Positions 1 through 11,294 of a stretch of DNA of 64,000 nt are shown here, in pieces. The notes under the pieces were generated by a model that was not told the origin of the DNA, made no database searches, and was given only the letters and a program-made list of their open reading frames with translations. The stretch's first letter is position 1; each line of letters opens with the position of its first letter. The translations under genes were made by a program, and so were the position numbers. The stretch spans positions 682,001 through 746,000 of the forward strand of contig JASVEC010000019.1 in assembly GCA_030770535.1 (NCBI GenBank). Direction: 5' to 3'. Source of the DNA: Batkoa obscura. Its lineage: Eukaryota.

Positions 1-105
1 TAGTTTACAAATATTATAAAATAACTCTAGCTTAAAGTTAGTTTTTATTTGGAGACATATCGAAGCAAAATCCGAATAATAAAAAATGAAGTAAATTAAC
101 ATTAA

Positions 106-520
106 TTAAAAAATCCCTGAAAGGACATCTCTACCATTGTCGCCACCATCCGATTGCTTTTGCTGCTATCCACCACCTTATAAGTGTCGTTATCGCTGTT
201 GAATTTGGTGAGGCCTTTGAAGTGGATGAGTTTGATGAGGTTTTTTGGGCTTTTCAGGCTGCATAGGTTGCTGAGGGTAAAGCTGATTAACACTTCCATG
301 GCTCTATGTGGAGTGATCGCTCTGTTTATAATTTCCAATTTTATAACCACTACTGGGTACATTTCATTGCAATCACAGTCTTTTTTATCCTTGGAATGAA
401 AACTTTTACTAGTTATATAGGTGCATGTACTTAATTGTAGGTCATTAAAGATATTTTCATCAATTGAAACACTAAAAATAAAGCCAATAACAAGGAAGTA
501 TAGACAAGAAATACTTTTAT
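106..520 (-). pseudogene. Decayed paralog of the secreted G/Q-rich protein family
   Basis: Manual translation gives (ATA)KVFLVYTSLLLAL / frameshift / FSVSIDENIFNDLQLS...TSKSF, matching MKAYITY...SSPTDEKVSSELQASSDTSVDNKSF of the 1961 gene. Start context is aaaataATAaaagta versus aaaataATGaaagca. The tail reads QQPMQPEKP...QQR*RHL*GGG*QQKQSDGGDNGRDVLSGIF*, like the family C-terminus. Confidence 0.7.
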
Positions 521-1571
521 TATTTTTTTGTTTTGTTGGTTTTTTGAAGATTAAGTTAGGACTTTATATATTTCTTGATAAGTAACTATAGACTGGCTAT
601 ATCATTATTGAATCTATGCGATTAATCAACTAAGGTTGCTGTTTGTTTACCAGAGCAGTTCAATTTCGAATTGAAGTGAAAGATTACTGCCATTGTTTCC
701 TTGTAGTGATAAAATACTAACATATCAGATTATACTATTGCTATTCTTTAGCGATCCCTTTGCTTTGATGTTAAGATGGGCTTTCAGTTTTGTATTTAAC
801 TTGAGTTGATTTTTAGCTGTCTAAATAATGTGAGTAAAACTCAGCTCAAAATTAGAATTCAAGCAGAATACTATGAAAATAGTGTTTTTTCTTTAGTTCT
901 AAAATAAGAACATGGTAATGTTTTTTATTTTAGTATTCATTCATAAGCTATTTTTAGGTTTTATATTACATAAAAAGTGAACAAAAGAATAAATTAAAAC
1001 ATACACTTATAAATTTTGGGAATTTAGATCAAGTCAAATTAGTAATTTTTATTAACTTTAGATAAATTTTCAAATTTACTAAATGTAAACAAAACCCGTG
1101 TAAATATAGTAAGTACACAGTTTACTAGCTCTTAAATATACCTTTTTAGTATTTGATATGGATTTAGTATATCAATATAAATTGTATTCATTATTTATTA
1201 ATTGTAAGTTAGTGTATAAAATTAAAATTGACCGAAGTATAGTGCTATAGTATTTTAAATTACTAAAATATGGAAATCGTTATTTTATCAATCTTTGATA
1301 CCCTTTCGTTAAACCATATCCTCAACAAAATTGTTCAATAAATAAACTTTAAAAGGGTTTATGATTTCAAGTTTTTTTAAAAAGGTTGTCACATTATTTG
1401 TTACCTCTCAATAAATGTCATTAATTTGAGGACAATTTATAAACGCTTATAATTGGTATTAACTCAATTTTTAAAAGCAAATTAAAATACAAATATAAAA
1501 ACTATGAAGAGAGAAATAAAAAATATTACAGATCTTTTTCGTTTATTAAATCCCCACCAACCCGGTTATTG

Positions 1572-1961
1572 TTATTGCTGCTGTTGTTTTTGGTGTTGCT
1601 GTTGTTGACGCTTGGGTATTTGTTGAGGTTCTTGAGGCTGGGGATCAAATTGTAGTTGAGGTTGAGGTTGTTGTTGACCAGCACTTTTATATCTTTTAAG
1701 GAAGGGACAGCTTTTACCACTCGAAAGCAAACTTTTACCATCTACAGAAGAGCCAGTAGACCCATTAAAGAAAGGGCAGCGCTGATGATAATTATTTCCT
1801 CTATTACCTCTATTGTTGCCGCTGTTACCGTTGAAAAGGAAGCTTTTATTATCTACAGAAGTATCACTAGAAGCTTGTAATTCACTAGATACTTTTTCAT
1901 CTGTTGGTGAGCTTAGGGTAAGTGCTGATAAAAAAGGAATGTATGTAATGTATGCTTTCAT
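1572..1961 (-). CDS. Small secreted N/Q-rich protein, probably truncated by TAA codons in its poly-Gln tract
   Basis: Signal peptide MKAYITYIPFLSALTLS; two internal SVDxKS...CPF units; ends CAG CAA TAA CAA TAA CCG GGT TGG TGG. Confidence 0.7.
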   Translation of the reverse strand: MKAYITYIPFLSALTLSSPTDEKVSSELQASSDTSVDNKSFLFNGNSGNNRGNRGNNYHQRCPFFNGSTGSSVDGKSLLSSGKSCPFLKRYKSAGQQQPQPQLQFDPQPQEPQQIPKRQQQQHQKQQQQ

Positions 1962-2417
1962 TATTTTGTTTTTTTATATTTTGAAGATAGTTTTCAGGCA
2001 TTTATATATTATTTTGGCGATAGTCATTAGTTAGTAATTATAGTATTAAATAAATGCGCTTAGAGAAGTAAATTGTCATTTGTTTGTTAAAAGAATTTAT
2101 TTTTAGATTGAAGTAGAAAGCCGTGATTACTTTATTGTTATGTAGATAAGAATAATAAGACATTGAATTAAACTTTTAAACTAGTTTTAATATTTAATAT
2201 TTTTGTTTTGAATATTAAAATGGGCTTTTAATTTCAAGATGTATGATTTGAATTGATTTTTATTCCTTTCTTTTTTTACTTGAGAACTTTGTTTTTATTC
2301 TACTTTTTTGTTAAAACAATGTCCAAGGTAGCGTTTACTATAGAAAAGTTCTAACTTTTCATTTTAGGAAGAAAACATTAAATTTAAAGTAGTGAATATA
2401 GGTTGACTAAACGATAT

Positions 2418-2514
2418 GGGGATGTATTTTGTATTTGAGAATTTACTAGCAATTTTTCCACTTAAATAGTGCTTAAAAGATGGAAAAAACAATGAAGCCA
2501 AAAAAAATATCCCT
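2418..2514 (+). mobile_element. ~100-bp MITE family A copy
   Basis: GGGGATGTATTTT...AAAATATCCCT; ATAT on both flanks. Strand given relative to consensus GGGGATGTATTTTTGTATTTAAGAATTTTACT. Confidence 0.85.
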
Positions 2515-3409
2515 ATATATTGTTGTAGATTTCGAAATCTTTCTTAGATTGATCGAATCTAATCTATAAATTATTATGAAACTATAATTTACTTTTTTTA
2601 TTCATGTTAATAAGAAACTAAAAATTAAAGCCCAGGTAGTTTTGGTATTGAAAGTAAAGCCTAAATGGTCCTAATAAGTCACTCATTATATGTTCGGAAT
2701 TTTTCATACACATGGTAAGTAATATGTTATCGACTGCAGCAGAAGCTATTCTCGACATGTAAAATTAACACTGAATTCAATGTTAATTTTTTTAACTTTT
2801 GCAGTGGTTATTCAATCACTTTTTAAACACTTTTACTTGCATAAAGATTCCAAAAATACAAAAAACAACTTAATATGTAAGATTAATATGGGTAAATTAA
2901 CTCGGTCAATTTTTTTCCCGATTTGAAACTCTTAGAAGTTTTTTATTCCTAAATCCAACTGTTGAGGCTCTTTTACAATATAATTTTAACTACACATTTA
3001 TGAGTAAGATTCATCTAACAGTGAATAAAATCTTTATTAAACATCAAAAAAATAAAGCAACTGACTCTAAAAATTACCACAAATTAGGTCCCAACAGACT
3101 CCCAATAACTGTAGTTGGATTTTTCTAAGTGTATATTTCTTTCAACTTTTTATTAATACAGCTGCTAAAGCTTTTTTATGACCTAATTAACTGTTTATTT
3201 AGAAATAACATTTTGATAAAATCAGATTATAATAAAAACCTAGGCTCTAAAAAACCAAATAAACAATAATTGATTCTAAAAATCACTGCAGATTTGACTA
3301 CAATAAAGTTGCAGCAGCTAAATATTATAAAATTCATTCTTTCCAAAATTTATAAAACTAACACTAATTCCAATTCCTTTTTTATTCCAATATAAACATA
3401 AATTTAAAT

Positions 3410-3889
3410 TTAATAATCCCAAGGCCATAAATAACTTCCGAGCCCCTCATCTTTTATAAACTATTTAAAAGAGGTATATTGTCTCATTTCAATAACCTCA
3501 TCTAATAATCCATTATTTTGTCCTTATTCTTAATCATATGCATTATGGTCAGTAAGTCCTCCAATCACTCCATTAACAATACCTGGAATCAAATTACTAG
3601 ATTCAATTAATCTACCAATTAAACTATCAGATCCTATTATGCTATCTAATAGACCACCCGATTGTTGTTACTGTTGTTGTTAAGAGTGACCGTTACTTCC
3701 ATAATTATGGTAGTTGTTAAAACTACGATAACCTGAGTAATTGAAAAATTTACCAATTATAGGAGTATAAGCGAAAGCTTGTTTGATATTAGTAGAAGCT
3801 TGAGTATCAGCAGTAAGGATTTGTTCTTCAGTTGCTTCACTTAATACTAAGGAGAATAAATATGAAATAAAAATAAAGAAAGCTTTCAT
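3410..3889 (-). pseudogene. Secreted G/Q-rich family member with in-frame stops
   Basis: Beyond the 69-aa ORF the same frame continues *QQQ*QQSGGLLDSIIGSDSLIGRL...D*E*GQNNGLL, aligning to QQQQQSGGILNGLLGPNGLVGGL...GQAQGQSNGLL of the 4672-5115 gene. Confidence 0.8.
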
Positions 3890-4671
3890 CCTTAAGTAAG
3901 GTTAAAGTTAAAGTTAAAGTTAAAGTTAAAATTAAACTCAAAATTGAAGTTTTTTATGTTTATTTTAAAGGTAATAGTTTCTCTTTTACATATCTTTTAG
4001 TTTTGCAGTTGTTAGTTGAAATAAATAGGCTTCATTAGATATATTAAGATTTGTTTGTTAACTCAATTAACATTGTAGTGATTTAATAGAGCTACGGTTT
4101 GTGGATTGACTGCTAGATAGTAAACTAGTAGATATTGGGTTAAATTGTTATAACTTTATTAATTTTCAGTATAAATTAAAACAAGCTTTATGCTTTTGAT
4201 GTTTCTTTCATATTGATTAGTTAATTTTGAGCACTTTTTGTAGATAATATGAAGAAACTATAGCTAACTTTAAACCTAAGGTAAAATTATTCTCTGATCT
4301 TAATATTTTGTACAAAAGTATAAATAAAAAATAAATTTCATAAAAATTACTGATCTTTTCGAATTATAAGATAAAGCATATTAAAGATTTTTTTAAATAA
4401 TTAAATAGTAATTTTGTAAATTTTACGTTGAATGAAAAATGAACAAATTAATAAAAAACAATCAATAATGTATTTTATAAATTAAACTTAAATCATATAT
4501 GTTTATTTTTAATTTAAATATGGAAATGATAGTTTTTAGATTTTAAATGTCAAAATTATAATTATATTAATTATTATTCATTAACAAAATCGAATTTTCA
4601 ATTCATTTTTTATTTTAATATAAATATATATATAATTCGCAGAGAATAAGTTAAACTCTACTCCTACCTAT

Positions 4672-5115
4672 CTATAAAATTCCTAAAAGACCGCCGTTAC
4701 CACCACCTAACAATCCACCTAATAGTCCATTACTTTGTCCTTGAGCTTGTCCTCTACCGCCGCCTAATAAGCCACCAACTAAACCACCAACTAAACCATT
4801 AGGTCCTAATAACCCATTTAAAATACCTCCCGATTGCTGTTGTTGTTGTGGTTGTGATTGTGGTTGTTGAAAATTAGTCCCATAATTATAATTATAAGGA
4901 TAACCTCCATTATAACCATTGTAGCCTCCATAACCTCCGCTATAGGGATAACCTCCATAGCCGCCATAGCCATTGTAATCAAAACCTTTACCATCTACTT
5001 TACCATCTGTATTAGATGAAGTAGAAGTATTAGCTTGTTGATTAGCTTGTTCATTAATTGGTACAGCTAAAGTGATAGCAAATAAGATAGAAGTGTAAAT
5101 AACGGATGCTTTCAT
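4672..5115 (-). CDS. Secreted Gly/Tyr-rich low-complexity protein (GYGG repeats, poly-Q, GGLLG tail)
   Basis: Intact 147-aa ORF with signal peptide MKASVIYTSILFAITLA-VP; paralogous to its neighbours. Confidence 0.85.
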   Translation of the reverse strand: MKASVIYTSILFAITLAVPINEQANQQANTSTSSNTDGKVDGKGFDYNGYGGYGGYPYSGGYGGYNGYNGGYPYNYNYGTNFQQPQSQPQQQQQSGGILNGLLGPNGLVGGLVGGLLGGGRGQAQGQSNGLLGGLLGGGNGGLLGIL

Positions 5116-5509
5116 TTTTTTGATTTAATGTTAAGAATGATTGATTTGATATTGTACTTTGAAGATTGTAACTAGGTTTTTATAATCTCTTCGAATCGGT
5201 CGTTAATGATAAAAGAAATGGGCTTAAATAATAAATGCTGTTCTATTGAATAGATATAAAATCAATTTAATTAAAGATGAACTAAAAGCCCAAAGTTCTT
5301 TTTTTAATTCAAATAAGTGGGAAATAAGAATATTAATATTTTATTTTATTTTTTACTTTTTACTTTTCTCTTGACTGGTTTTTGGTATTTAAGATTCAAA
5401 TGGGCTTCTGTTTTTCGATCATTTAATTTAAAGTTGTTTTTTTTTAAATCATTTTAATTTACCTTATTTAGTAAGTTCTAATTCAAAGCCTTTATCAATT
5501 TCAGCATTT

Positions 5510-5606
5510 GGTGATGTTTTTTTGGCTTCATCGCTTTTTCCATCTTTTAAGCACTATTCAAGTGGAAAAATTGCTAGTAAAATTCTTAAATACAAAATAC
5601 ATCCCC
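5510..5606 (-). mobile_element. MITE family A copy
   Basis: Matches consensus; ATTT on both flanks. Confidence 0.85.
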
Positions 5607-6093
5607 ATTTAATTTTTAATACTAACTTTATTTTGTTTCGAATTAATAGCAAATTTGTTTCATATTTATCTTTATCTTCGCTTTTTACATATATTTTTTA
5701 ACGTTTATTATAATATTTGATTTATTTTTAACTTACTTTGATACTTTTATTCTATTTTTTATTAAAAAGGCTTATAACTTAGGTTTATTTAGTATTTGAT
5801 AGAAAATATTAAAAGCAGATTTATTTTATTATTTGGAATTGTATTTGATACTAATATTAATTTTTAAAGTACTTATTCAGCATAACGTTTTTATGTTTTA
5901 CTTTTTTTATAGTAAAGAATAGTACTTAATTTTTTATTAATTAATATTTTCCTAAAAGTCAGCAGCTAAAGTTTTATAAATTAAAATCGATAAAACACAA
6001 CTATTATAATTAAGAAAAATTAACTGAAAATTATCAAAAAAGATAAAAAGGATAAAAGTTCTTTTTTAATAATACGTACTATTTTCATAATAT

Positions 6094-6192
6094 GGGGATA
6101 TACTTTTTTGCTTAAGAATTCTACTAACAATGTTTCGGCTCAAATAGCACTTAAAAGGTGGAAAAAGTAATGAAAGCAAAAAAATTATTTCC
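6094..6192 (+). mobile_element. MITE family A copy
   Basis: Matches consensus; ATAT flanks. Confidence 0.8.
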
Positions 6193-6319
6193 ATATATTT
6201 ATTTAAATATTTCATTTTTGAGGATGCACATTTAAATCAAAGTAGACTCATTTGGGAACAATTTCAATTTCAATTTCAATTAACTTCAATTAAACTATCA
6301 AAATTGAAAATTCGTATAC

Positions 6320-6418
6320 AGGGATGTATTTTTGTGTTTAAAAATTTTACTAACAAATTTTCCGCTTTAAATAGTACTTAAAAATGGAAAAAATAATGAA
6401 GTCAAAAAAAACACTCCC
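6320..6418 (+). mobile_element. MITE family A copy
   Basis: Matches consensus; flanks diverged. Confidence 0.8.
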
Positions 6419-6451
6419 ATGTTGTATTTAACTAATTAACTGTTTCCATAT

Positions 6452-6550
6452 GGGGATGTTTTTTTTGGCTTCATTATTTTTTCCATCTTTTAAGCGCTAT
6501 TTGAGTGAAAAAATTGTTAGTAAAATTCTTAAGTACAAAAATACATCCCC
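6452..6550 (-). mobile_element. MITE family A copy (near-consensus)
   Basis: Perfect GGGGATGT/ACATCCCC termini; ATAT flanks. Confidence 0.9.
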
Positions 6551-7295
6551 ATATACTGTTATTTATTTTATTTTATTTTATTTTATTTTATTCAATTTTT
6601 TAATTAATAAACTAAGTTTATAAATTGATAAATTTAAACTTCTAATTTTAAAGTAATTATAAAAAAGTATTTTGTAACATCTAATCTTTTTTCAAACATA
6701 TATAAAAAAGTATAAGTTTTCAAACGTATTATTAACAAAAATGAATGAATAAAGAAGAAAAAAGGGCCATAATCTCATTACGTTTCATTTTCTTTAATAA
6801 TACTTCTACCTTACTATAACTTTAAATATATTAAAATTGAATAAAAAATAAATCTTGGGTTGAAAATAACCAGTATAAAAATGCAAAGTAATATAAATAC
6901 AAGATTAAATTCTAAGGTTTTTTTGATAAGTAAAAACAATCTTTTAATACTTTTTTAAAAATATTAATAACACACATTCATTGAATTTAAATATTCATTC
7001 AATCAAAAAATTGTATTATGAAATTGATTTAATTTTTAAAATAATAGCTTTATTATAGAAAAAAAGATAGTTTTAAATAAATTAGTGCTTGACAAATGCA
7101 AAATTATAAAGTATTTTATGATAAAAATAATACAAAGTGCTCAGATGGCCATTCAAACAGAACTTGGACTGCTAAGGGTTATTATCAATCAACTTTAAGT
7201 TTGATTATTTAATAGAAGGCTTTTTAAAAATTATGGATTTATAAAAAATAACTATGCTGTTTAATATTAATTTACATTAACTTAACATTTAATTT

Positions 7296-7393
7296 GAGAA
7301 CGTTATTTTTGATTTCATTACTTTCTCTATTTTTTAAGCAATATTTGAATCAAAAAATTTTTAATAAAATTCTTAAACAAAAAAACTCGTCCC
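7296..7393 (-). mobile_element. MITE family A copy (degenerate)
   Basis: Diverged internal match; ATTT on both flanks. Confidence 0.65.
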
Positions 7394-7885
7394 ATTTATT
7401 ACTTGAATAAAATTACTATTTGATCTGATTTGATTTAATCTAAGGCTTTTATTGCAAAATCAACCTTATTTAAGTTGATTCAATGCATGAAATTCAAGCG
7501 AATGATGTACAACTGTTTAAATCAAATTTGCACTACTTAACTGTTCATTTAATAATAAAATCATGCTTTAAAACTCAAAATCCAACAATGCAAACTATTG
7601 GTGGTTATAAAAATCATTATTATTTAACATTTAAACTTAAATAGTTGTAATAGTAAGTAAATCAATAAAATCTTTTTACCAGGCTACTTTAATTGTTAAA
7701 ATAAGCCCATCAAAAAATCATGTCTTTTTTTAATTCAAGATTTCATTGATTTGAGGCTTTAAAAAAACTACATCCAGTGTAGAAATCGAACGCCTTTAAA
7801 TAAATGATATTAATGAAAATACAATATAAAAACAGCTTAAAATTGTACTTATAATAACATCAAAAAAAGAATAAAAATATCAATT

Positions 7886-9016
7886 ATGATCTTTCCTCTC
7901 TACATAACTTTAGTAACTTCTGCATTAGCTATTCCACTCAGTGATATTCAAACTGATTCATCAGTAGATAAAAAGGGCTTTGGTTATCCTAATACTGGCT
8001 TTCAATTTGGTGCTGGATCATCTAATTCTGGATCACAAGGTCCAAGTGGCTCTTCAAACCCTGGTGCACAAAGCGGAGGTAATCCTACTAGTGCTGGTTT
8101 TCAATTTGGTGCTGATCCAACTAGTGGAAGCTTCCAGTTTGGAAGCAGTTCTCAAAATCCTGGTGCACAAAGCGGAAATGGGCCCCAAAATCCCGGTATA
8201 CAAGCTGGAAGTGGATCTGGTGGCATAGGTTTCCAATTTGGAGCTGACCCAACAAATGGGGGTTTCCAATTTACAGGAAATCCAGGTAATAATGATTTCC
8301 AATTCGGGAGTGGTTCACCAAACCCTGGATCACAAAGTGGAAATGGCTCATCAAATCCTGGGTCACAAAGTGGAAGTGGCTCATCTAATCCCGGGTCACA
8401 AAGTGGAAATGGTTCACCTAGCCCTGGATCGCAAAATGGAGGCAACCCTGGTAGCGTAGGTTTTCAATTTGGAGGAAACCCAGCCAATGGAGGTTTCCAA
8501 TTTGGAAGCAGCTCATCTAATCCTGGATCACAAAGTGGGACTGGCTCTGGTAGCGTTGGATTTCAATTTGGAAGTGGATCACAAGGTGTAAGTGGCTCAA
8601 TTAATACTGGATCCCAAACTGGAAGTAATCCAACTAATGGAGGATTCCAATTTGGTAGTGGATCTCAAAGTGTAAGTGGTGGTAATAGCAATGGAGGATT
8701 TCAATTTGGGACCAATCCATCTAACGGATACTCATACAATTATGGAAATTATCCATCGAATTATTATGGAAATTACGGATACAATTATGGGGGTTATCCA
8801 TACGGTAATTATGGAAACTATCCTTATAATTATAATCAAGGTTCTACTGGAAGCTCTGGACAATCCCAATCCCAAACTCAATCAAGTGGAGGTCTCATAA
8901 ATGGTTTATTAGGACCTAATAGTTTATTTGGAGGTTTTGTTAATAATCTTCTTGGCACTGGGAGTCAAAAACAAGGTCAAAGACAAAGCGGTGGATTATT
9001 AGGTGGATTACTATAA
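7886..9016 (+). CDS. Secreted Gly/Ser/Asn-rich repeat protein (FQFG motifs, YGNY block, GGLLG tail)
   Basis: 376-aa ORF with signal peptide and TATA-like tataaaa ~60 bp upstream. C-terminus SGGLINGLLGPNSLFGG matches the 4672 gene. Confidence 0.9.
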   Translation: MIFPLYITLVTSALAIPLSDIQTDSSVDKKGFGYPNTGFQFGAGSSNSGSQGPSGSSNPGAQSGGNPTSAGFQFGADPTSGSFQFGSSSQNPGAQSGNGPQNPGIQAGSGSGGIGFQFGADPTNGGFQFTGNPGNNDFQFGSGSPNPGSQSGNGSSNPGSQSGSGSSNPGSQSGNGSPSPGSQNGGNPGSVGFQFGGNPANGGFQFGSSSSNPGSQSGTGSGSVGFQFGSGSQGVSGSINTGSQTGSNPTNGGFQFGSGSQSVSGGNSNGGFQFGTNPSNGYSYNYGNYPSNYYGNYGYNYGGYPYGNYGNYPYNYNQGSTGSSGQSQSQTQSSGGLINGLLGPNSLFGGFVNNLLGTGSQKQGQRQSGGLLGGLL

Positions 9017-9208
9017 GTTAGTAATAACACAAAATTTGTAGTTATTATTAATCTCTTGAATCAATATTACTCTTTATTTATATTTGTATTAAAAATAAAA
9101 TTATTTAAATCAATTGCAATTTTTACATTTAAACTATTCATAATACATTATTATACTAGATTCATACTTGTAATCAAAACCTTTATTTTGGTTTATTATA
9201 TAAAAACA

Positions 9209-9763
9209 TTATTCAAAATAAGCATAAGGAACAAATGGAATTAATAAAACACGATTTAAATAACTTTCTTGAATAGAATCTAATTCATATTTATATATAC
9301 ATCTTTGATAATGTTCTAAAAACAATACAATATGATTTAAATAAAGAATAGATTTAGTGGCATGCTCTGGTTTTAAATACAAATTTAATGAAGTGTATAG
9401 TAACTTTAATAATATAAAATTATATATTGGTTGGTGCCTATTTTGTTTAAAATATTCCATTTCGCTTTCATTAAAATAATTCAATATCAATCCATTATTC
9501 ATGGAGCTAAATAATTGTATAAATAATAAATCCAACGTATCAAATGTGTATAATAACGTCAATCCGGTAATAGAGCTACAGTTATAATTGTTCGTTACAA
9601 ATTGAGATTGGGGAGGAATATTGGAGTAATTGAGATCTCTTTCTTTTAAATCATTATCCATAAGCACATTATTACATGATATATTGTTATTACGTTCCAA
9701 CATATTACCATTATGTTCTACAATAATATTGTTGTTAGAAGTCAAATTAATATTTGGAAACAT
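9209..9763 (-). CDS. Hypothetical protein, orphan family member 1
   Basis: 184-aa ORF; motif EMEYFKQNRHQPIYNFILLKLL...LKP...ILYLNHI shared with the 26509 and 45538 ORFs. Confidence 0.7.
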   Translation of the reverse strand: MFPNINLTSNNNIIVEHNGNMLERNNNISCNNVLMDNDLKERDLNYSNIPPQSQFVTNNYNCSSITGLTLLYTFDTLDLLFIQLFSSMNNGLILNYFNESEMEYFKQNRHQPIYNFILLKLLYTSLNLYLKPEHATKSILYLNHIVLFLEHYQRCIYKYELDSIQESYLNRVLLIPFVPYAYFE

Positions 9764-10367
9764 TTAAATTTTGTTGATTTTTGATATCCGACAAAATAGA
9801 TAACTGATATTGTTTATTTTTTTTATGAAACTGTAAAAAATCTTCTTGGTTACAGTTTAATTTATTAAAATTTATACTTGCTTTTTATTCTATTCATTCT
9901 CTTTATATTTATATGTGAATATAGATATAATATATTTCGAATATTTCGAATTTCATAAAGTGACTTAATTTTGAAACTGAGCTTAAAAAATAGTATTACG
10001 TTTTATTATGTAAGCGACAAATTAGTAATTTGAACTGTTACATAATACATTGTAACTCATATAATATAAAATTTCATTTTTTTATACATTTTGACAATCA
10101 AAATTCAAGCATTATCAATTTAGAATCGATTTTTACAAAGACTGAAATAAATATTTTCCTCTTTCTTAGTTAATTTAAATACAAATTATTGATATTAAAC
10201 TAATAAGTGAACAATATTACTTTTAAAAATAGACAATAACCAAAAGATATAACGTATTTTGAAAATTTGCTAAGTGGAAATACATTGATATAAAGTTTAG
10301 AATTATTAAGCAGAAATTGTTATACTGGTGTTGTCTACATATTTAAACCTTATTATCAAATCCAAAT

Positions 10368-10461
10368 CGAGATGTATTTTTTTAAGGAATTTATTAATGA
10401 TCTTTCCACTGAAATAGTGCTTGAAAAATGGAAAAAGTGATCAAGCCAAAAAAATATCTCC
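10368..10461 (+). mobile_element. MITE family A copy
   Basis: Matches consensus; AAAT on both flanks. Confidence 0.8.
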
Positions 10462-11294
10462 AAATATTTTCAATTATGTATAAAGTACTTTTAAATAGTC
10501 TAGTATCTTTTCGCATAAGCTCTCAAGTTACTATATGGCTGTAATATTACTTTGATTTTTTTTAGGTTATTAAGCTTTCAGTTGTTTTATGAAAAATCAT
10601 TACAAATAGTTAAGTGATTATAGTTTATTAACTGTTATATTGGTTAATGTAATAATTATCAGAAGGGATAATTAAGTTAGTAATACAAAATTAGTAATAA
10701 AATTCAAAATTTGGCCTATCAATTTCATACCTATAAAATTTTGCTATTATACTTTTTTGAACTATCTATAGTTTTTCAATTTTTAAATTTATATAAGCTA
10801 TTTATAAAAATAATTTATTGTTTTAAGTCTAATGTGAAATTATATTGTTTATTTAGTATGTCTTTTAACTGCTATTTGTGTTTTAATTTACTAATAAAGC
10901 ACTATACTTCTTTTTTCTTTTTATAGCCTTGGATTCAAATAGGTAATTCAAAATATACATTTTTTCTACTCTGTAAAATAGTTGAAATGATGCTACATAC
11001 ATGTAGGCAATATAAAATCTTCATAAATATTTAGTTTTTATTATAGTAGAGTTATCAAAATAAATATTTTTAAATAAAATCAAACATTTAAATAAAATTA
11101 AAATGTTATGAAATGACAATAGCAAAATACTTAATTTTATAAATTAGCAATATTATAAATTGCATAAAATCATTTAAATGTTCTTATATCAAATTATGGA
11201 TTCTTATTAGTGAATCAAAAAATAAATCATAAACACTAATAAACATAGTAATGTAAAAGCCCGTTTTTAAACTTCTTTTACTCTTTTTTAAGCT

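Noticed and set aside
1572..3889. TAA/TAG reassigned to Gln (ciliate-like genetic code)
   Set aside because: Long conserved genes (ABCB, S41, RBG1, WRAP53 last exon) have no internal TAA/TAG and end on TAA; the affected copies also carry frameshifts or G-to-A decay.
7980..8900. Alternate-frame and antisense ORFs inside the 7886 gene (likewise in the ABC, S41, 52963, 55630 and tyrosinase genes)
   Set aside because: Shadows of repetitive or biased codon usage, many with non-ATG starts and no motifs.
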